Below, piece after piece: positions 17,528 through 26,725 of a stretch of 26,725 nt of DNA. Under the pieces are notes generated by a model. It made no database searches and had not been told where the DNA came from. It saw nothing but the letters and a program-made list of their open reading frames with translations. Numbering within the stretch: the stretch's first letter is position 1; every line of letters begins with the position of its first letter. Source of the stretch: Opitutia bacterium. GTDB taxonomy: Bacteria; Verrucomicrobiota; Verrucomicrobiia; Opitutales; T3Sed10-336. A program made the translations under genes and the position numbers. The stretch lies in the NCBI GenBank assembly GCA_050506795.1, contig JBJHCF010000016.1, forward strand, positions 1-26,725, read 5' to 3'.

Positions 17528-18724
17528 TCAGGTTTTCGCTTGATCATTAGCCAAATGTTTTTCGAGCCAACGGTCGATCGATTCCCGGCCGGGCGCCGAA
17601 AGGCTGTCCCGCAGGCGTGCGGTATCGCGTTGGGTGGACTCGAGGCGGGCGGGCGACTCCAGGCAGGCGCGCAACTCGCCGGCGAGGTTCTCCGGGGAAG
17701 CCCGGTGCTGCAGGTACTCCGGATACATCGGTTTTCGCAGGAGGAGGTTGGCAATTCCCAGGTAGGGAATCTTGATGAGGAGTTTCCCCAATTGATAAGT
17801 GAATCCTCCCACCCGGTACACAATGGCCCCGGGTATCCCCGCCAGGGCGCAGGTCAACGACATGGTGCCGGAGCTGGTCAAAACCGCCTTCCCGCGAACG
17901 GGGTCATCTTTGTCCGCCAGAGCGATTTTGCCCTCCAGGTCGGGCCATTGGGCGAGTTCCCGCTCCACCAGGGCACGGACCTCGGGATCGGGGGTGATCA
18001 CCGTGGCCCGCTCATTAGGACAATCCGCCAGGAGGCGGGAAAATCCTCCCAGCAGCGCCGGAAAAATACGTCCCACCGCGATGCGCCGGCTTCCGGGCAG
18101 GAGCAAAACCGTTCCCTCGGGATCGTAGCGCACGGACGGACGGTATCCCTCGGCCAGATAGGGGTGTCCGACGAAGGTCACGTCGAGGTCGGTGTCCGCG
18201 AACGAATCCACCTCGAACGGGAAGATCACCGCCAGCGCGTCGAGGTGTCGCGCCATGGCGAACCGTCGTTTCCCCTTCCAGGCCCAGACCTGGGGTGCGA
18301 TATAGTACAACAGCCGGATATCTCCCCCGGCTTTGACGCTCAAACCCCGGCGGTGAAGCGCCTGACAAAGACGCAGATTGAGGCCGGGATTGTCCACAAA
18401 ACAGACCGCGCGCGGTCGATACCGCTCGATCCAGTCCAGAATCCTGCCAAACAATTCACGGAAAAAACCGAAGTGCCGGATCACCTCGAACACTCCGACC
18501 ACCGAGGACTGGGTCATGTCGTACAGGAAAGTCACCCCCGTCTCGCGAAGCGCCGAACCGCCCAGCGCGGCCACCTTCAGACCGGGATTTCGCTCCAACA
18601 GCTTCCGCACCGCCACGGCGGCGTGCTGATCGCCGGAATGCTCCCCGGCCACCACCAACAGGTCGGGGCGGCGCCCTTCGGGCATTGCGGGAAATTCCGC
18701 GGGTAAAGAAAAAGAAGACGCCAT
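17528..18724 (-). CDS. lpxB: Lipid-A-disaccharide synthase
   Basis: VAGEHSGD, YYIAPQVWAW, IFPFE, FVGHP, LLPGSR and SSGT motifs. Confidence 0.95.
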   Translation of the reverse strand: MASSFSLPAEFPAMPEGRRPDLLVVAGEHSGDQHAAVAVRKLLERNPGLKVAALGGSALRETGVTFLYDMTQSSVVGVFEVIRHFGFFRELFGRILDWIERYRPRAVCFVDNPGLNLRLCQALHRRGLSVKAGGDIRLLYYIAPQVWAWKGKRRFAMARHLDALAVIFPFEVDSFADTDLDVTFVGHPYLAEGYRPSVRYDPEGTVLLLPGSRRIAVGRIFPALLGGFSRLLADCPNERATVITPDPEVRALVERELAQWPDLEGKIALADKDDPVRGKAVLTSSGTMSLTCALAGIPGAIVYRVGGFTYQLGKLLIKIPYLGIANLLLRKPMYPEYLQHRASPENLAGELRACLESPARLESTQRDTARLRDSLSAPGRESIDRWLEKHLANDQAKT

Positions 18725-18766
18725 TGACCTAAAAGGCTCGTTCCGGGCGCGACCGACGCCCGCAGT

Positions 18767-19705
18767 TTAGCCGCCGCGACGGATCTGTTCGGTGATGGTA
18801 ATGGCCAGCTCCAGGGCGGACTTCCCCAGTGCCCCGCCCACCTTGGGCTGCCCGGCGCCGGAAACGGACGCCAGAAACGACGCCAGTTCGAGCTTCAGCG
18901 GCTCTTCCCGCTCCAGGGGAATGTCGACCTTATTGAGCGAGGCGCCTTCCTTTTTGATCAGATGTCCCGCCTGATTCATAAAATCGAGGCTGAGATAAGC
19001 GGACGGCTGGAAAATCCGGATCTCACGCAGTTTTTTCAGGCTGACCCGGCTCGCATTGAGATTGGCCACACAACCTCCGGCAAAGCGGATCCGGGCATTG
19101 GCGATGTCCTCGGTGGGCGACAGCACATTGACCCCGATGCTCTCGACCTGCTCCACCGGCTGTTTCACCAGTTGCAGAATGATTCCGATATCGTGAATCA
19201 TCAGGTCCAGCACCACCCCGACCTCAGTGCCACGCGGCTGAAACGGCGCCAGGCGGTCGGCGGTGATGAAGCGCGGCTTGTCGACCTCCTGCTCCAGGTA
19301 GGCCATCACGGGATTGAAGTGTTCGATATGGCCGACCTGCACCAGCCGATCATTCTTCTTGGCCGCCGCCAGAATACGCTCCGCCTCCTCCAGGCTGTAA
19401 CAGAGGGGCTTTTCGATCAGGAGGTGACACCCGGCCTCCATCAGCGTCAGGGCGACTTCACAGTGGGCGTCGGTCGGCACCACCACACTGACCGCATCGC
19501 AGGCCGCACCCAACTCAGCCACCGAGTCAAACGCGGGACATCCGTAAAGCCCGGCTATCTCGTTCGCCCGGTCGCGGTCCGTGTCGCACACCCCGACCAG
19601 ATCGCAGTCGGTCAGTTCATGATAAATACGGGCGTGATGCCGCCCCAGATAACCGACCCCGGCCACTCCGCAACGAATCCGGTTTGTGTTCGCGTTTTCA
19701 GTCAT
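18767..19705 (-). CDS. Gfo/Idh/MocA oxidoreductase, probable GnnA-like UDP-GlcNAc 3-dehydrogenase
   Basis: GVGYLG Rossmann motif, EKP, GHIEHFNP and DLMIHD; directly upstream of lpxB. Confidence 0.8.
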   Translation of the reverse strand: MTENANTNRIRCGVAGVGYLGRHHARIYHELTDCDLVGVCDTDRDRANEIAGLYGCPAFDSVAELGAACDAVSVVVPTDAHCEVALTLMEAGCHLLIEKPLCYSLEEAERILAAAKKNDRLVQVGHIEHFNPVMAYLEQEVDKPRFITADRLAPFQPRGTEVGVVLDLMIHDIGIILQLVKQPVEQVESIGVNVLSPTEDIANARIRFAGGCVANLNASRVSLKKLREIRIFQPSAYLSLDFMNQAGHLIKKEGASLNKVDIPLEREEPLKLELASFLASVSGAGQPKVGGALGKSALELAITITEQIRRGG

Positions 19706-19749
19706 TTCTCCGCGAATTCAAACGGCGACCGTCACCGGTTGGCAACCTC

Positions 19750-20445
19750 TTACTCGGAAGTTTCCTCCGGCGCCTCGAAACGTCCCAGATGCAGCATGAC
19801 TTCGCGGTCGGTACGGCTCGCGTGGGCCTTGTTGTGCGTCACCAGCAAAAGCGCGGCGTTCTCCTCGCGGCACACTGCGAGCAAAAGGTCCATCATGGCG
19901 TTGCCGGTGACTTCGTCCAGGTTCCCCGTCGGTTCGTCGGCCAGAAGGACCGCCGGCCGGTTCATCAGCGCCCGCGCCACCCCCACCCGCTGCTTTTCGC
20001 CTCCGGAAAGCTGACCGGGCAAATGGTGCGTCCGCTCTCCCAGGCCCACCCGATTCATCAACTCCTCCGCGCGCCGGCGCGCTTCCTCGTCCGGCGCCCC
20101 GATCATGCGACGGGCCATCAACACGTTGTCGAGCGCGTTCATTTCCGGAATCAAATAAAAAGACTGGAACACCATGCCCAGAAACCGGGCCCGCTCCCGG
20201 GCCAGGGCGCCGCGTCGCCAGCCCTTGAGCGACTTTCCCCGCCAGCGCAGCTCGCCGTCGTCAAACGACTCCAGGCCGGCCAGGATATGGACAAAGGTGG
20301 TTTTTCCCGACCCCGACTCACCGCGGATGCTCACGCTCTCGCCCTCATGGAGGGTCATGTCCACGCCGCGCAACACGTCGATGGTCCGCTCACCGCTGCG
20401 GAAACTCTTTCGCACCGCGGAGGCGTCGATGACTGCCTCACTCAT
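19750..20445 (-). CDS. lolD: Lipoprotein-releasing ABC transporter ATP-binding protein
   Basis: GESGSGKT, LSGGEKQRV, ADEPTGNLD and VTH; overlaps the LolC/E permease gene. Confidence 0.88.
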   Translation of the reverse strand: MSEAVIDASAVRKSFRSGERTIDVLRGVDMTLHEGESVSIRGESGSGKTTFVHILAGLESFDDGELRWRGKSLKGWRRGALARERARFLGMVFQSFYLIPEMNALDNVLMARRMIGAPDEEARRRAEELMNRVGLGERTHHLPGQLSGGEKQRVGVARALMNRPAVLLADEPTGNLDEVTGNAMMDLLLAVCREENAALLLVTHNKAHASRTDREVMLHLGRFEAPEETSE

Positions 20446-21670
20446 GGCGGAAGGCCTCCGTGGGTTGCAGGCGGGCGGCGCGCAGGGCGGGAATACAGCC
20501 CGCCAGGGTGGAAATGACGATCGAGCAGGTCACGATGATGATAAAATCATCCGCCGCGTAATGCAGCGGAATGTAAGCGAATTCATAATACCGCTGCAGC
20601 GCTTCCTCGCTCTCGGTGAAACTGGCGAACCAGTAAACGATATCGTTGCGAAAAAAGAGGAGCACAATGGCCGACACAATCCCCAGCATGGTGCCGGCCA
20701 CCCCGATAAAGAACCCCTGGAAGCAGAAACACAGCGCGATTTGTCGGGGGGTGGCTCCCAGCGCTCCCAGCAGGCCGATTTCCTTGATCTTGCGCACCAC
20801 CGTGATCAGCAGGGAACTGGTGATGGCGAACGCAGCCACGATAACGATAAAAATCAGCAGGAAAAAGAGCACGTTTTTCTCCAACTGCAGGATCCACAAA
20901 AAGTCCCGGTTGGCATCCATCCAGGAAATCGCCCGCACGCTCCGGCCGAGATCCCGGTTCAGCATGGCCGTCACCGCGTCGGCGTCGTATCCGTCGTGCA
21001 GGCGCAAAGTGATGCCGTGCACGCCCTGTTCCAGCCCGTAAAGGTCCTGCATCAGGCGCAGGGTCACCACCAGCGAGTTTTCGTCCACCTGATGCCAGCC
21101 GGTCTCAAAAACACCGACCACCTCCAACTCGCGCGGAAGCAGTATTTCGTCCCGCTTGATCCGTTCCAGCATCAGCGGGGTGTAAACCTCGATTAGCGAC
21201 CCGATTCCCACGCCTACCGCGGAAGCCAGGCCGGAGCTGATGAATACCCCGTCGTCGTAGAGGTCGTCCAGGTCTCCGCCAATGACATACTGGTCGAGCG
21301 CGATCACGCCACTCTCCCGCATGGGATCGATTCCCCGCACCATGGGCAGCGATGGACGCCGCTCGCTCTGCACCATCACCACCCCTTCGGCGTAGGGAGT
21401 CGCCGCCTTGATCGCCTCGTAACTCTCCAGGCGTTCGATCAAGGGTTCGTAATCATGCAGGATGTCGTCGACCGCCACCACCCGGATGTGGCCGCCGGTA
21501 TCGACAATCTTGCCGCGCAATTCCTCGCCGAATCCGTTCATCACACTCTGGACGATGATCAGCAGCGCCACTCCCAGGGTGACTCCGCACGCCGAAACCA
21601 CGGTAAAAAAGGAAATTAATTTTCCCGACGGAAAAAGCTGCTTCAGCGCCAGATAAAGGTACCAGGGCAT
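20438..21670 (-). CDS. Lipoprotein-releasing ABC transporter permease LolC/E
   Basis: GVTLGVALLIIVQSVMNGF, periplasmic domain, LEKN, EIGLLGALGA and IPALRAARLQP. Confidence 0.9.
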   Translation of the reverse strand: MPWYLYLALKQLFPSGKLISFFTVVSACGVTLGVALLIIVQSVMNGFGEELRGKIVDTGGHIRVVAVDDILHDYEPLIERLESYEAIKAATPYAEGVVMVQSERRPSLPMVRGIDPMRESGVIALDQYVIGGDLDDLYDDGVFISSGLASAVGVGIGSLIEVYTPLMLERIKRDEILLPRELEVVGVFETGWHQVDENSLVVTLRLMQDLYGLEQGVHGITLRLHDGYDADAVTAMLNRDLGRSVRAISWMDANRDFLWILQLEKNVLFFLLIFIVIVAAFAITSSLLITVVRKIKEIGLLGALGATPRQIALCFCFQGFFIGVAGTMLGIVSAIVLLFFRNDIVYWFASFTESEEALQRYYEFAYIPLHYAADDFIIIVTCSIVISTLAGCIPALRAARLQPTEAFRHE

Positions 21671-21676
21671 TGGACT

Positions 21677-23137
21677 TTATCGTAACTGAGGGAAGAGGAT
21701 AACGTCCCGGATGTTCTCGGCGCCGGTGAGCATGATCAGCAGGCGGTCGATGCCCACGCCCATGCCGCCGGCGGGCGGCATCCCGTGCTCCAGCGCGGTC
21801 AGAAAATCCTCGTCCATCTTCTGGATATCCTCGCCCACCTGATCCGCGAACATCTGCCGCTGCACCAGCGGATCGTTCTGCTCCGAATACGCCGGGGCGA
21901 TTTCCTGACCGTTGATGCAAAGCTCGAAAACGTCGATGGTGGTCGGGTCGTCCCGGGTGATCTTGGCCAGGGGGCACAGCTCCTTGGGCAGATGAGTGAC
22001 AAAGGTCGGCTGAATCAGGGTCGGTTCGACCCGCTTTTCGAACACGTCGCCGGTGATCTCGTAGTCCTCCAGTTCCGGATCGACCTCGATGCCCATTTCC
22101 CTCGCCCGGGTCAGTTTCTCCTCGCGCGAACGTGAAAACCAGTCCGGATCGCCGGTCGCTTCCAGGACCAGGTCCTTGTAACGGGCTTCCCGCCATTCGC
22201 CGCCCAGATTGATGACGGTGCCATCCGGCCGGGCAACCTCCTTCGTGCCCAGCACTTCGTCGCAGATCCGCTGGATCAGGTCGTAAATCAGCCGCATCAT
22301 ACCGCGGAAATCGCTGTAGGCCTGGTACACCTCCAGCATGGTGAACTCCGGATTGTGCCGCCGCGAAAGCCCCTCGTTGCGGAAATTTTTCCCGATTTCG
22401 AAGACTCGATCGAACCCGCCCACCAGCAAACGCTTCAGGTAGAGTTCAAGCGCGATGCGCAGAAAGAAATCCTTTCCCAGCGCCTTGTAGTGGGTGACAA
22501 ACGGGCGCGCCGCGGCGCCCCCCGGGACGGACTGCAAAACCGGCGTTTCCACCTCCATGAAATCGCGTTCCTCCAGGAAACGCCGGATGCAACCGATGAT
22601 CTGGCTGCGGACGCGGAAACGGGCGCGGGAGTCCGGATTCATCACCAGATCCAGGTAGCGTTGACGGTAGATCGCTTCGTTGTCGGTCAGCCCATGCCAC
22701 TTCTCGGGCAGCGGCCGCAGCGACTTGCTGACCAGGGTAAAGGTCTTGATGCGGACCGTGATCTCCCCGGTCTTCGTTTTGAACAACGTCCCCTCGACGC
22801 CCAGGATATCGCCCAGGTCCAGCTTTTTGAACTCGGCGAAACGCTCGTCGCCCAGTTCTTCCTTCCGCGCGTAAACCTGGATCCCGCCGGCACGGTCCTG
22901 GATTTTGGCGAAAATGCTTTTGCCCATCACCCGATGCGCCATGAGACGGCCCGCAACCTTGACGGTTTCGCCGTTTTCCTCGTCCTCCCGGAACAGCGCC
23001 ACCGCCTCGGCCGACGTCTGCGCCGGCTCGAACTCGGCCCGAAACGGATCGAACCCGGCCTCGCGCATCCGTTCCAGCTTGCCCAGCCGCACCGCATAAA
23101 GGTCGTGAGTATTCTCACTGACTGAAGATTCACTCAT
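21677..23137 (-). CDS. lysS: Lysine--tRNA ligase (class II)
   Basis: OB fold, LPEKWHGL, YRQRYLDL, EVETP, FRNEG..HNPEFTMLE and GMPPAGGMGVGIDRL. Confidence 0.97.
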   Translation of the reverse strand: MSESSVSENTHDLYAVRLGKLERMREAGFDPFRAEFEPAQTSAEAVALFREDEENGETVKVAGRLMAHRVMGKSIFAKIQDRAGGIQVYARKEELGDERFAEFKKLDLGDILGVEGTLFKTKTGEITVRIKTFTLVSKSLRPLPEKWHGLTDNEAIYRQRYLDLVMNPDSRARFRVRSQIIGCIRRFLEERDFMEVETPVLQSVPGGAAARPFVTHYKALGKDFFLRIALELYLKRLLVGGFDRVFEIGKNFRNEGLSRRHNPEFTMLEVYQAYSDFRGMMRLIYDLIQRICDEVLGTKEVARPDGTVINLGGEWREARYKDLVLEATGDPDWFSRSREEKLTRAREMGIEVDPELEDYEITGDVFEKRVEPTLIQPTFVTHLPKELCPLAKITRDDPTTIDVFELCINGQEIAPAYSEQNDPLVQRQMFADQVGEDIQKMDEDFLTALEHGMPPAGGMGVGIDRLLIMLTGAENIRDVILFPQLR

Positions 23138-23203
23138 AAGCGGGCCAACCTAAGCCACCCCGCCGGCAAACTCAATCCCAATTGAAACGCCGCCCCCAGG
23201 CGA

Positions 23204-24274
23204 TCAATCCACTTGAAACGCGGGGCGGGCGCTCGATTCGTTGCGGCGCCGGACGTTGTCCGTCATGGTGCGGAGACTTTCCGCCACCAGCTCTCCCATA
23301 GTCTCACAGGTCTGAAACTTCGGGTTCTTATGGTGATCGGCAAGCGCCTCGCGCAGGGTCAGCACATTCTCGCGCGGCGCGATCCCGTCCCTTTTCATCA
23401 CCGCCAGCAACCGATTCAGACGATCCCGGCTGATCTGCACCCGCCGAAAGATCAACGCCTGCTCCTCGCGCTGGTACTGCAGGGCAGTCGCCCGATTCAG
23501 TTGCTCGAGGCAGTACATGGCGAGCGCGCTGTTCTCCTTGAAGAACTGGGGCAAATAGAAATTTTTGCGCCCGTCGTAGGATTGCTGGTCGAAATCCATG
23601 CAGCGGATACGCACCTGCACCCCTTCGAAATCCGGAGTGACGTCCACCACAAAATTATAGGAGCGCATGTCACCCAGCAGCCGGATAAAACAGCGTTCGT
23701 TGAATTTGATAAGTTCCTTGGCCACCCGCACCGGATTGAGCCTCTGACTGTGCAGCCATTCATCGATAAACACATCACCCGGAATACCGCTGATATGCTC
23801 CTCCACCAGGTTGGTGCCGCAGGTCAGGTAATTGATGCGATTGGGCGAGAGCAGGTGCTCGAGTTCCAGGCCGTACACGCGGGAGGCATCGGCCTTCTTG
23901 ACGTAATAATAGTCCTGATTGTCGTTGTACGAATTCACGATGCGGATACGAAACGGATGCGAATTGCCGAACGTGCAGAAATCCACCCGATCCACATAAA
24001 GGTGCTGCATCACGCTCAGGTCCCCGTCCACCTTGAGCACCGCGTAAATCTCGGTCAGGTCCTGGTTCAATTGACGCATCTCCGCCGGATCGTAGATCAC
24101 CGATTCCCACAACGTGTCGTTTCCCTTGGCATCCTGCAGCGGAATCGATTCCCGAAATCCCATCAGATCCTCATAAACCAGCGGCAAGGCCACCTCCCGG
24201 GTGTAGGCGCTCAAATACTCCCGCAGTTCGGGAACCACCGGGAAAGTCGGTTTGCGTTTGGTCGGTCCGTCCAT
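23204..24274 (-). CDS. Hypothetical protein with atypical kinase-like (HipA/PI3K-like) motifs
   Basis: 356 aa with coding-like composition; FGNSHPF, YYVKK, LELE, EEHISG, GDMRSYN and MDFD in kinase order. The CDS is well supported; the function is inferred. Confidence 0.75.
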   Translation of the reverse strand: MDGPTKRKPTFPVVPELREYLSAYTREVALPLVYEDLMGFRESIPLQDAKGNDTLWESVIYDPAEMRQLNQDLTEIYAVLKVDGDLSVMQHLYVDRVDFCTFGNSHPFRIRIVNSYNDNQDYYYVKKADASRVYGLELEHLLSPNRINYLTCGTNLVEEHISGIPGDVFIDEWLHSQRLNPVRVAKELIKFNERCFIRLLGDMRSYNFVVDVTPDFEGVQVRIRCMDFDQQSYDGRKNFYLPQFFKENSALAMYCLEQLNRATALQYQREEQALIFRRVQISRDRLNRLLAVMKRDGIAPRENVLTLREALADHHKNPKFQTCETMGELVAESLRTMTDNVRRRNESSARPAFQVD

Positions 24275-24278
24275 GAAA

Positions 24279-24420
24279 TCGGTTATGAGTTGTCGGTTAT
24301 CGGTTAATGGTTATCAGTAATTGGCAATCAGAGCAAGGCTCCGCCACACGGGGCGAAACCCGGGCGAACGCCTCGGACCCCGGTCCGTCACTGTCAACCG
24401 ATCACCGACAACCAATCACC
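24279..24420. repeat. Two inverted arrays of degenerate heptamers flanking the divergent promoter region
   Basis: cggttat gagttgt cggttat cggttaa tggttat cagtaat tggcaat (24280-24328) and complementary-type accgatc accgaca accaatc units (about 24385-24420). Confidence 0.75.
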
Positions 24421-24428
24421 ACAGACAA

Positions 24429-25097
24429 ATGCCAACCGAACCGACTCCGCAAACCGACGCCGCCTTGAGCGAAACCCTGGACTGGGGGCGGACCGGCTAC
24501 CGGGATGCCTGGGAGCGCCAGGAGGAGCGGTTGCGGTTGCGGCAGGAGGGACGGGTACCTGATGCGCTCATTTTCACCGAGCACGATCCCGTGTTCACGG
24601 TGGGCAAACGCATCGGCGCGGACCGGCACCTGGTGTGGTCCGAAGACGAATGCGCCCGGCGGGGCATCGAGGTGATCCGAACCAACCGGGGAGGAGACAT
24701 CACCTACCACGGACCCGGCCAAATCGTGGGTTATCCCATTGTCAGCCTGGCCGATTCGCGCGATCTCCACCGTTACCTGCGCCTGCTGGAACAGGTGCTC
24801 ATCGAGGCTGTCGGCTGCCTGGGCCTGGCCGCTTCGCGCCGCGAAGGCAAAACGGGGATCTGGCTCGGTGAACGGAAACTGGCCGCCATCGGCGTGGCGG
24901 TGAAACGCTGGGTCACCCAACACGGTTTCGCCTTGAACCTCGACCCCGACCTCACCCATTTCGCCGGCATTGTTCCCTGCGGCCTCACCGATGCATCGGT
25001 CACCTCCATCGGCCGCGAACTCGGCACCGCCCCCGACCCGGACGAAGTCAAAAAGCTCCTCGCCGATGCCTTCTGGAAACATTTCGCACGACTTTGA
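24429..25097 (+). CDS. lipB: Octanoyltransferase LipB
   Basis: EHDPVFTVG, RGGDITYHGPGQIVGYP, KLAAIG, HGFALN and IVPCG. Start ATG 24429. Confidence 0.95.
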   Translation: MPTEPTPQTDAALSETLDWGRTGYRDAWERQEERLRLRQEGRVPDALIFTEHDPVFTVGKRIGADRHLVWSEDECARRGIEVIRTNRGGDITYHGPGQIVGYPIVSLADSRDLHRYLRLLEQVLIEAVGCLGLAASRREGKTGIWLGERKLAAIGVAVKRWVTQHGFALNLDPDLTHFAGIVPCGLTDASVTSIGRELGTAPDPDEVKKLLADAFWKHFARL

Positions 25098-25120
25098 GGC
25101 TGTCGGTTGTCGAGGTTGAA

Positions 25121-25422
25121 TCCCGTAGCGCCCTGCTTCAGCGGGCATTTGTGCGGCGTGCGGACGGTAGTTCCCGGGAAGAGGTCTCCGGCTTAAGCAC
25201 GGAGCTACGGGAGGAATCGGAACGCCCTCGTTAAGCGGGCGAACCGGCCTCCTCAGTCCGGAAATCAAGTCTCCGGCTAACGGCGCGGAGCTATACGGTG
25301 TCCCGTAGCGCCCTGCTTTAGCGGGCGAACCGGCCTCCTCAGTCCGGAAATCAAGTCTCCGGCTAACGGCGCGGAGCTATACGGTGTCCCGTAGCGCCCT
25401 GCTTCAGCGGGCGAACCGGCCT
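25121..25422. repeat. GTAG-type REP/REPIN cluster including an 86-bp tandem duplication
   Basis: GTAGcgccctgcttcagcgggc units and inverted ctccggcttaagcacggagCTAC; hairpin 25121-25212; near-identical 86-bp period starting at 25234, 25320 and 25406. Confidence 0.85.
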
Positions 25423-25480
25423 TCCCCAATTTCCCGGTTGAATTCCTTGAGTTCCCGGGGCAAAGTACCCGTTCTTCGTC

Positions 25481-26368
25481 ATGTCGAATAGAAAACCAGA
25501 ATGGCTGCGGGCCAAATTGCCGGGAGGCCCCGTTTACAAGGAAGTGCGCAAGGTCGTCGACGGCCACAAGCTCCACACCGTGTGCGAGAGCGCCAATTGT
25601 CCGAACATGGGAGAATGCTGGGCGCGCGGCACCGCCACGGTGATGATCCTCGGGAACGTGTGCACCCGGTCCTGCCGATTCTGCAACATCGAAACCGGAC
25701 GTCCCACCGAACTCGATCTGGGCGAACCGGCGCGGGTGGCCGAGTCGGTGGCCAAGATGAATCTCAAGCACTGCGTCGTCACCTCGGTGGCCCGCGACGA
25801 ACTCCAGGACGGCGGCGCTTCGGTCTGGGCGGCCACTATCCGGGCGATTCGCTACCGCAACCCCGGAACCGCCATCGAAGTGCTGATTCCGGACATGCAG
25901 GGGAAACAAGAGGACCTCGACACCATTTTGGACGCCGAGCCGGACATCCTGAACCACAATGTCGAAACCGTGGAACGGCTTCAGCGGCGGGTGCGCGTGC
26001 AGGCGCGCTACGACCGATCCCGCTGGGTGCTCCGTCACGCCAAGTCGCGCGGGTTCATCACCAAGACCAGCATCATGCTCGGCGTGGGGGAAACGCGCGA
26101 GGAGATCATTCAGACCATGAAGGATCTGCGTGAAGACGACGTGAACATTCTCACCTTCGGTCAATACCTCCAGCCCACCCCAAAACACCTGGCGGTGGAA
26201 CGCTGGGTGACTCCCGAGGAATTCAAGGAGTGGCACGAATACGGTCTTTCCCTCGGTTTCGGAGTGGTGGAATCCGGTCCGCTGGTCCGTTCCTCCTACC
26301 ATGCGGAGGAACAGTCCGCGCTCTATTTCGGCAAAAACCGGGGGCCCAAGTCCCTGGTAAGCGCTTAA
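25481..26368 (+). CDS. lipA: Lipoyl synthase
   Basis: [25 protein letters not shown] radical-SAM motif, NHNVETV, GQYLQP and RSSY. Confidence 0.97.
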   Translation: MSNRKPEWLRAKLPGGPVYKEVRKVVDGHKLHTVCESANCPNMGECWARGTATVMILGNVCTRSCRFCNIETGRPTELDLGEPARVAESVAKMNLKHCVVTSVARDELQDGGASVWAATIRAIRYRNPGTAIEVLIPDMQGKQEDLDTILDAEPDILNHNVETVERLQRRVRVQARYDRSRWVLRHAKSRGFITKTSIMLGVGETREEIIQTMKDLREDDVNILTFGQYLQPTPKHLAVERWVTPEEFKEWHEYGLSLGFGVVESGPLVRSSYHAEEQSALYFGKNRGPKSLVSA

Positions 26369-26446
26369 AAGCCCGATTCGAGACAAATCCTTGAATCGCG
26401 CGCCGGCCACGGAAAACTTCGGGCGCAAACCGTCCGGAAAAGAAGC

Positions 26447-26469
26447 CTCCGGCTGAAGCACGGAGCTAC
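26447..26469 (-). repeat. Single GTAG-type REP of the same family as 25121-25422
   Basis: ctccggctgaagcacggagctac differs by 1 nt from 25186-25208. Confidence 0.8.
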
Positions 26470-26503
26470 CCAAAGCCCCACCCGTAACAAAAACCTCCAC
26501 CTT

Positions 26504-26564
26504 CCCCTTCGCCCCTTCGCCCCTTCGCCCTTTCGCCCCCTCGCCCCACGCCCCTCGCCCCTCG
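26504..26564. repeat. C-rich octamer/heptamer tandem repeat
   Basis: ccccttcg x3, ccctttcg, ccccctcg, then ccccacg and cccctcg x2. Confidence 0.85.
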
Positions 26565-26725
26565 TCCCACACGCCCCGTCACCCGCCCCCCGTGGCGGCC
26601 TCCGGGGCTCCTCTCCGACTGACCCGAGCAACGCTGCCCACGCAGAACTCCACCTCGCCACGATCCCCCCACACGAACTCTCCCGCCTGTCAGGGGTCGG
26701 CGCCGCTGTCCGCCGCGACGTCGCC

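Noticed and set aside
7119..24307. Long antisense ORFs (7119..8411, 10275..11495, 13716..15059, 15916..17427, 17459..18706, 18962..20014, 23213..24307)
   Set aside because: They are shadow frames opposite well-supported genes, expected from high-GC codon bias, with no protein motifs.
25234..25422. CRISPR array
   Set aside because: The whole 86-bp unit is repeated with no unique spacers, and there are no cas genes nearby.
26579..26725. Minus-strand frame GDVAADSGADP*QAGEFVWG... with in-frame TGA at 26690-26692 (selenocysteine or readthrough?)
   Set aside because: It is truncated by the window edge with no recognisable family or SECIS; it may simply be a gene end or non-coding.

Overview
GC-rich bacterial chromosomal window, probably Verrucomicrobiota/Opitutia (inferred from gene content, gene order and repeat types; not verified). 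It is mostly housekeeping genes on the minus strand (kinase-like ORF, lysS, lolC/E, lolD, gnnA-like oxidoreductase, lpxB, cimA, MBL hydrolase, ribD, rdgB, NhaC-family transporter), with uup, lipB and lipA on the plus strand. The left end carries a FitAB-like RHH-PIN toxin-antitoxin pair, a DUF4153 / membrane protein / winged-HTH operon with a palindromic operator in its promoter, and a DUF2339-DUF4202-DCC operon. The intergenic regions hold several unrelated REP-like hairpins and short tandem repeats. The most unusual structure is nested at 12393-12980: an internally deleted IS200/IS605-type tnpA (not in the ORF track) with inverted multi-hairpin ends sits inside a 460-bp element with terminal inverted repeats and a target-site duplication. 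That element interrupts a REP whose intact copy is at 4566-4591. The most interesting protein is the 356-aa ORF upstream of lysS, which has the motif pattern of a HipA/PI3K-like atypical kinase. No rRNA, tRNA or CRISPR array was seen.
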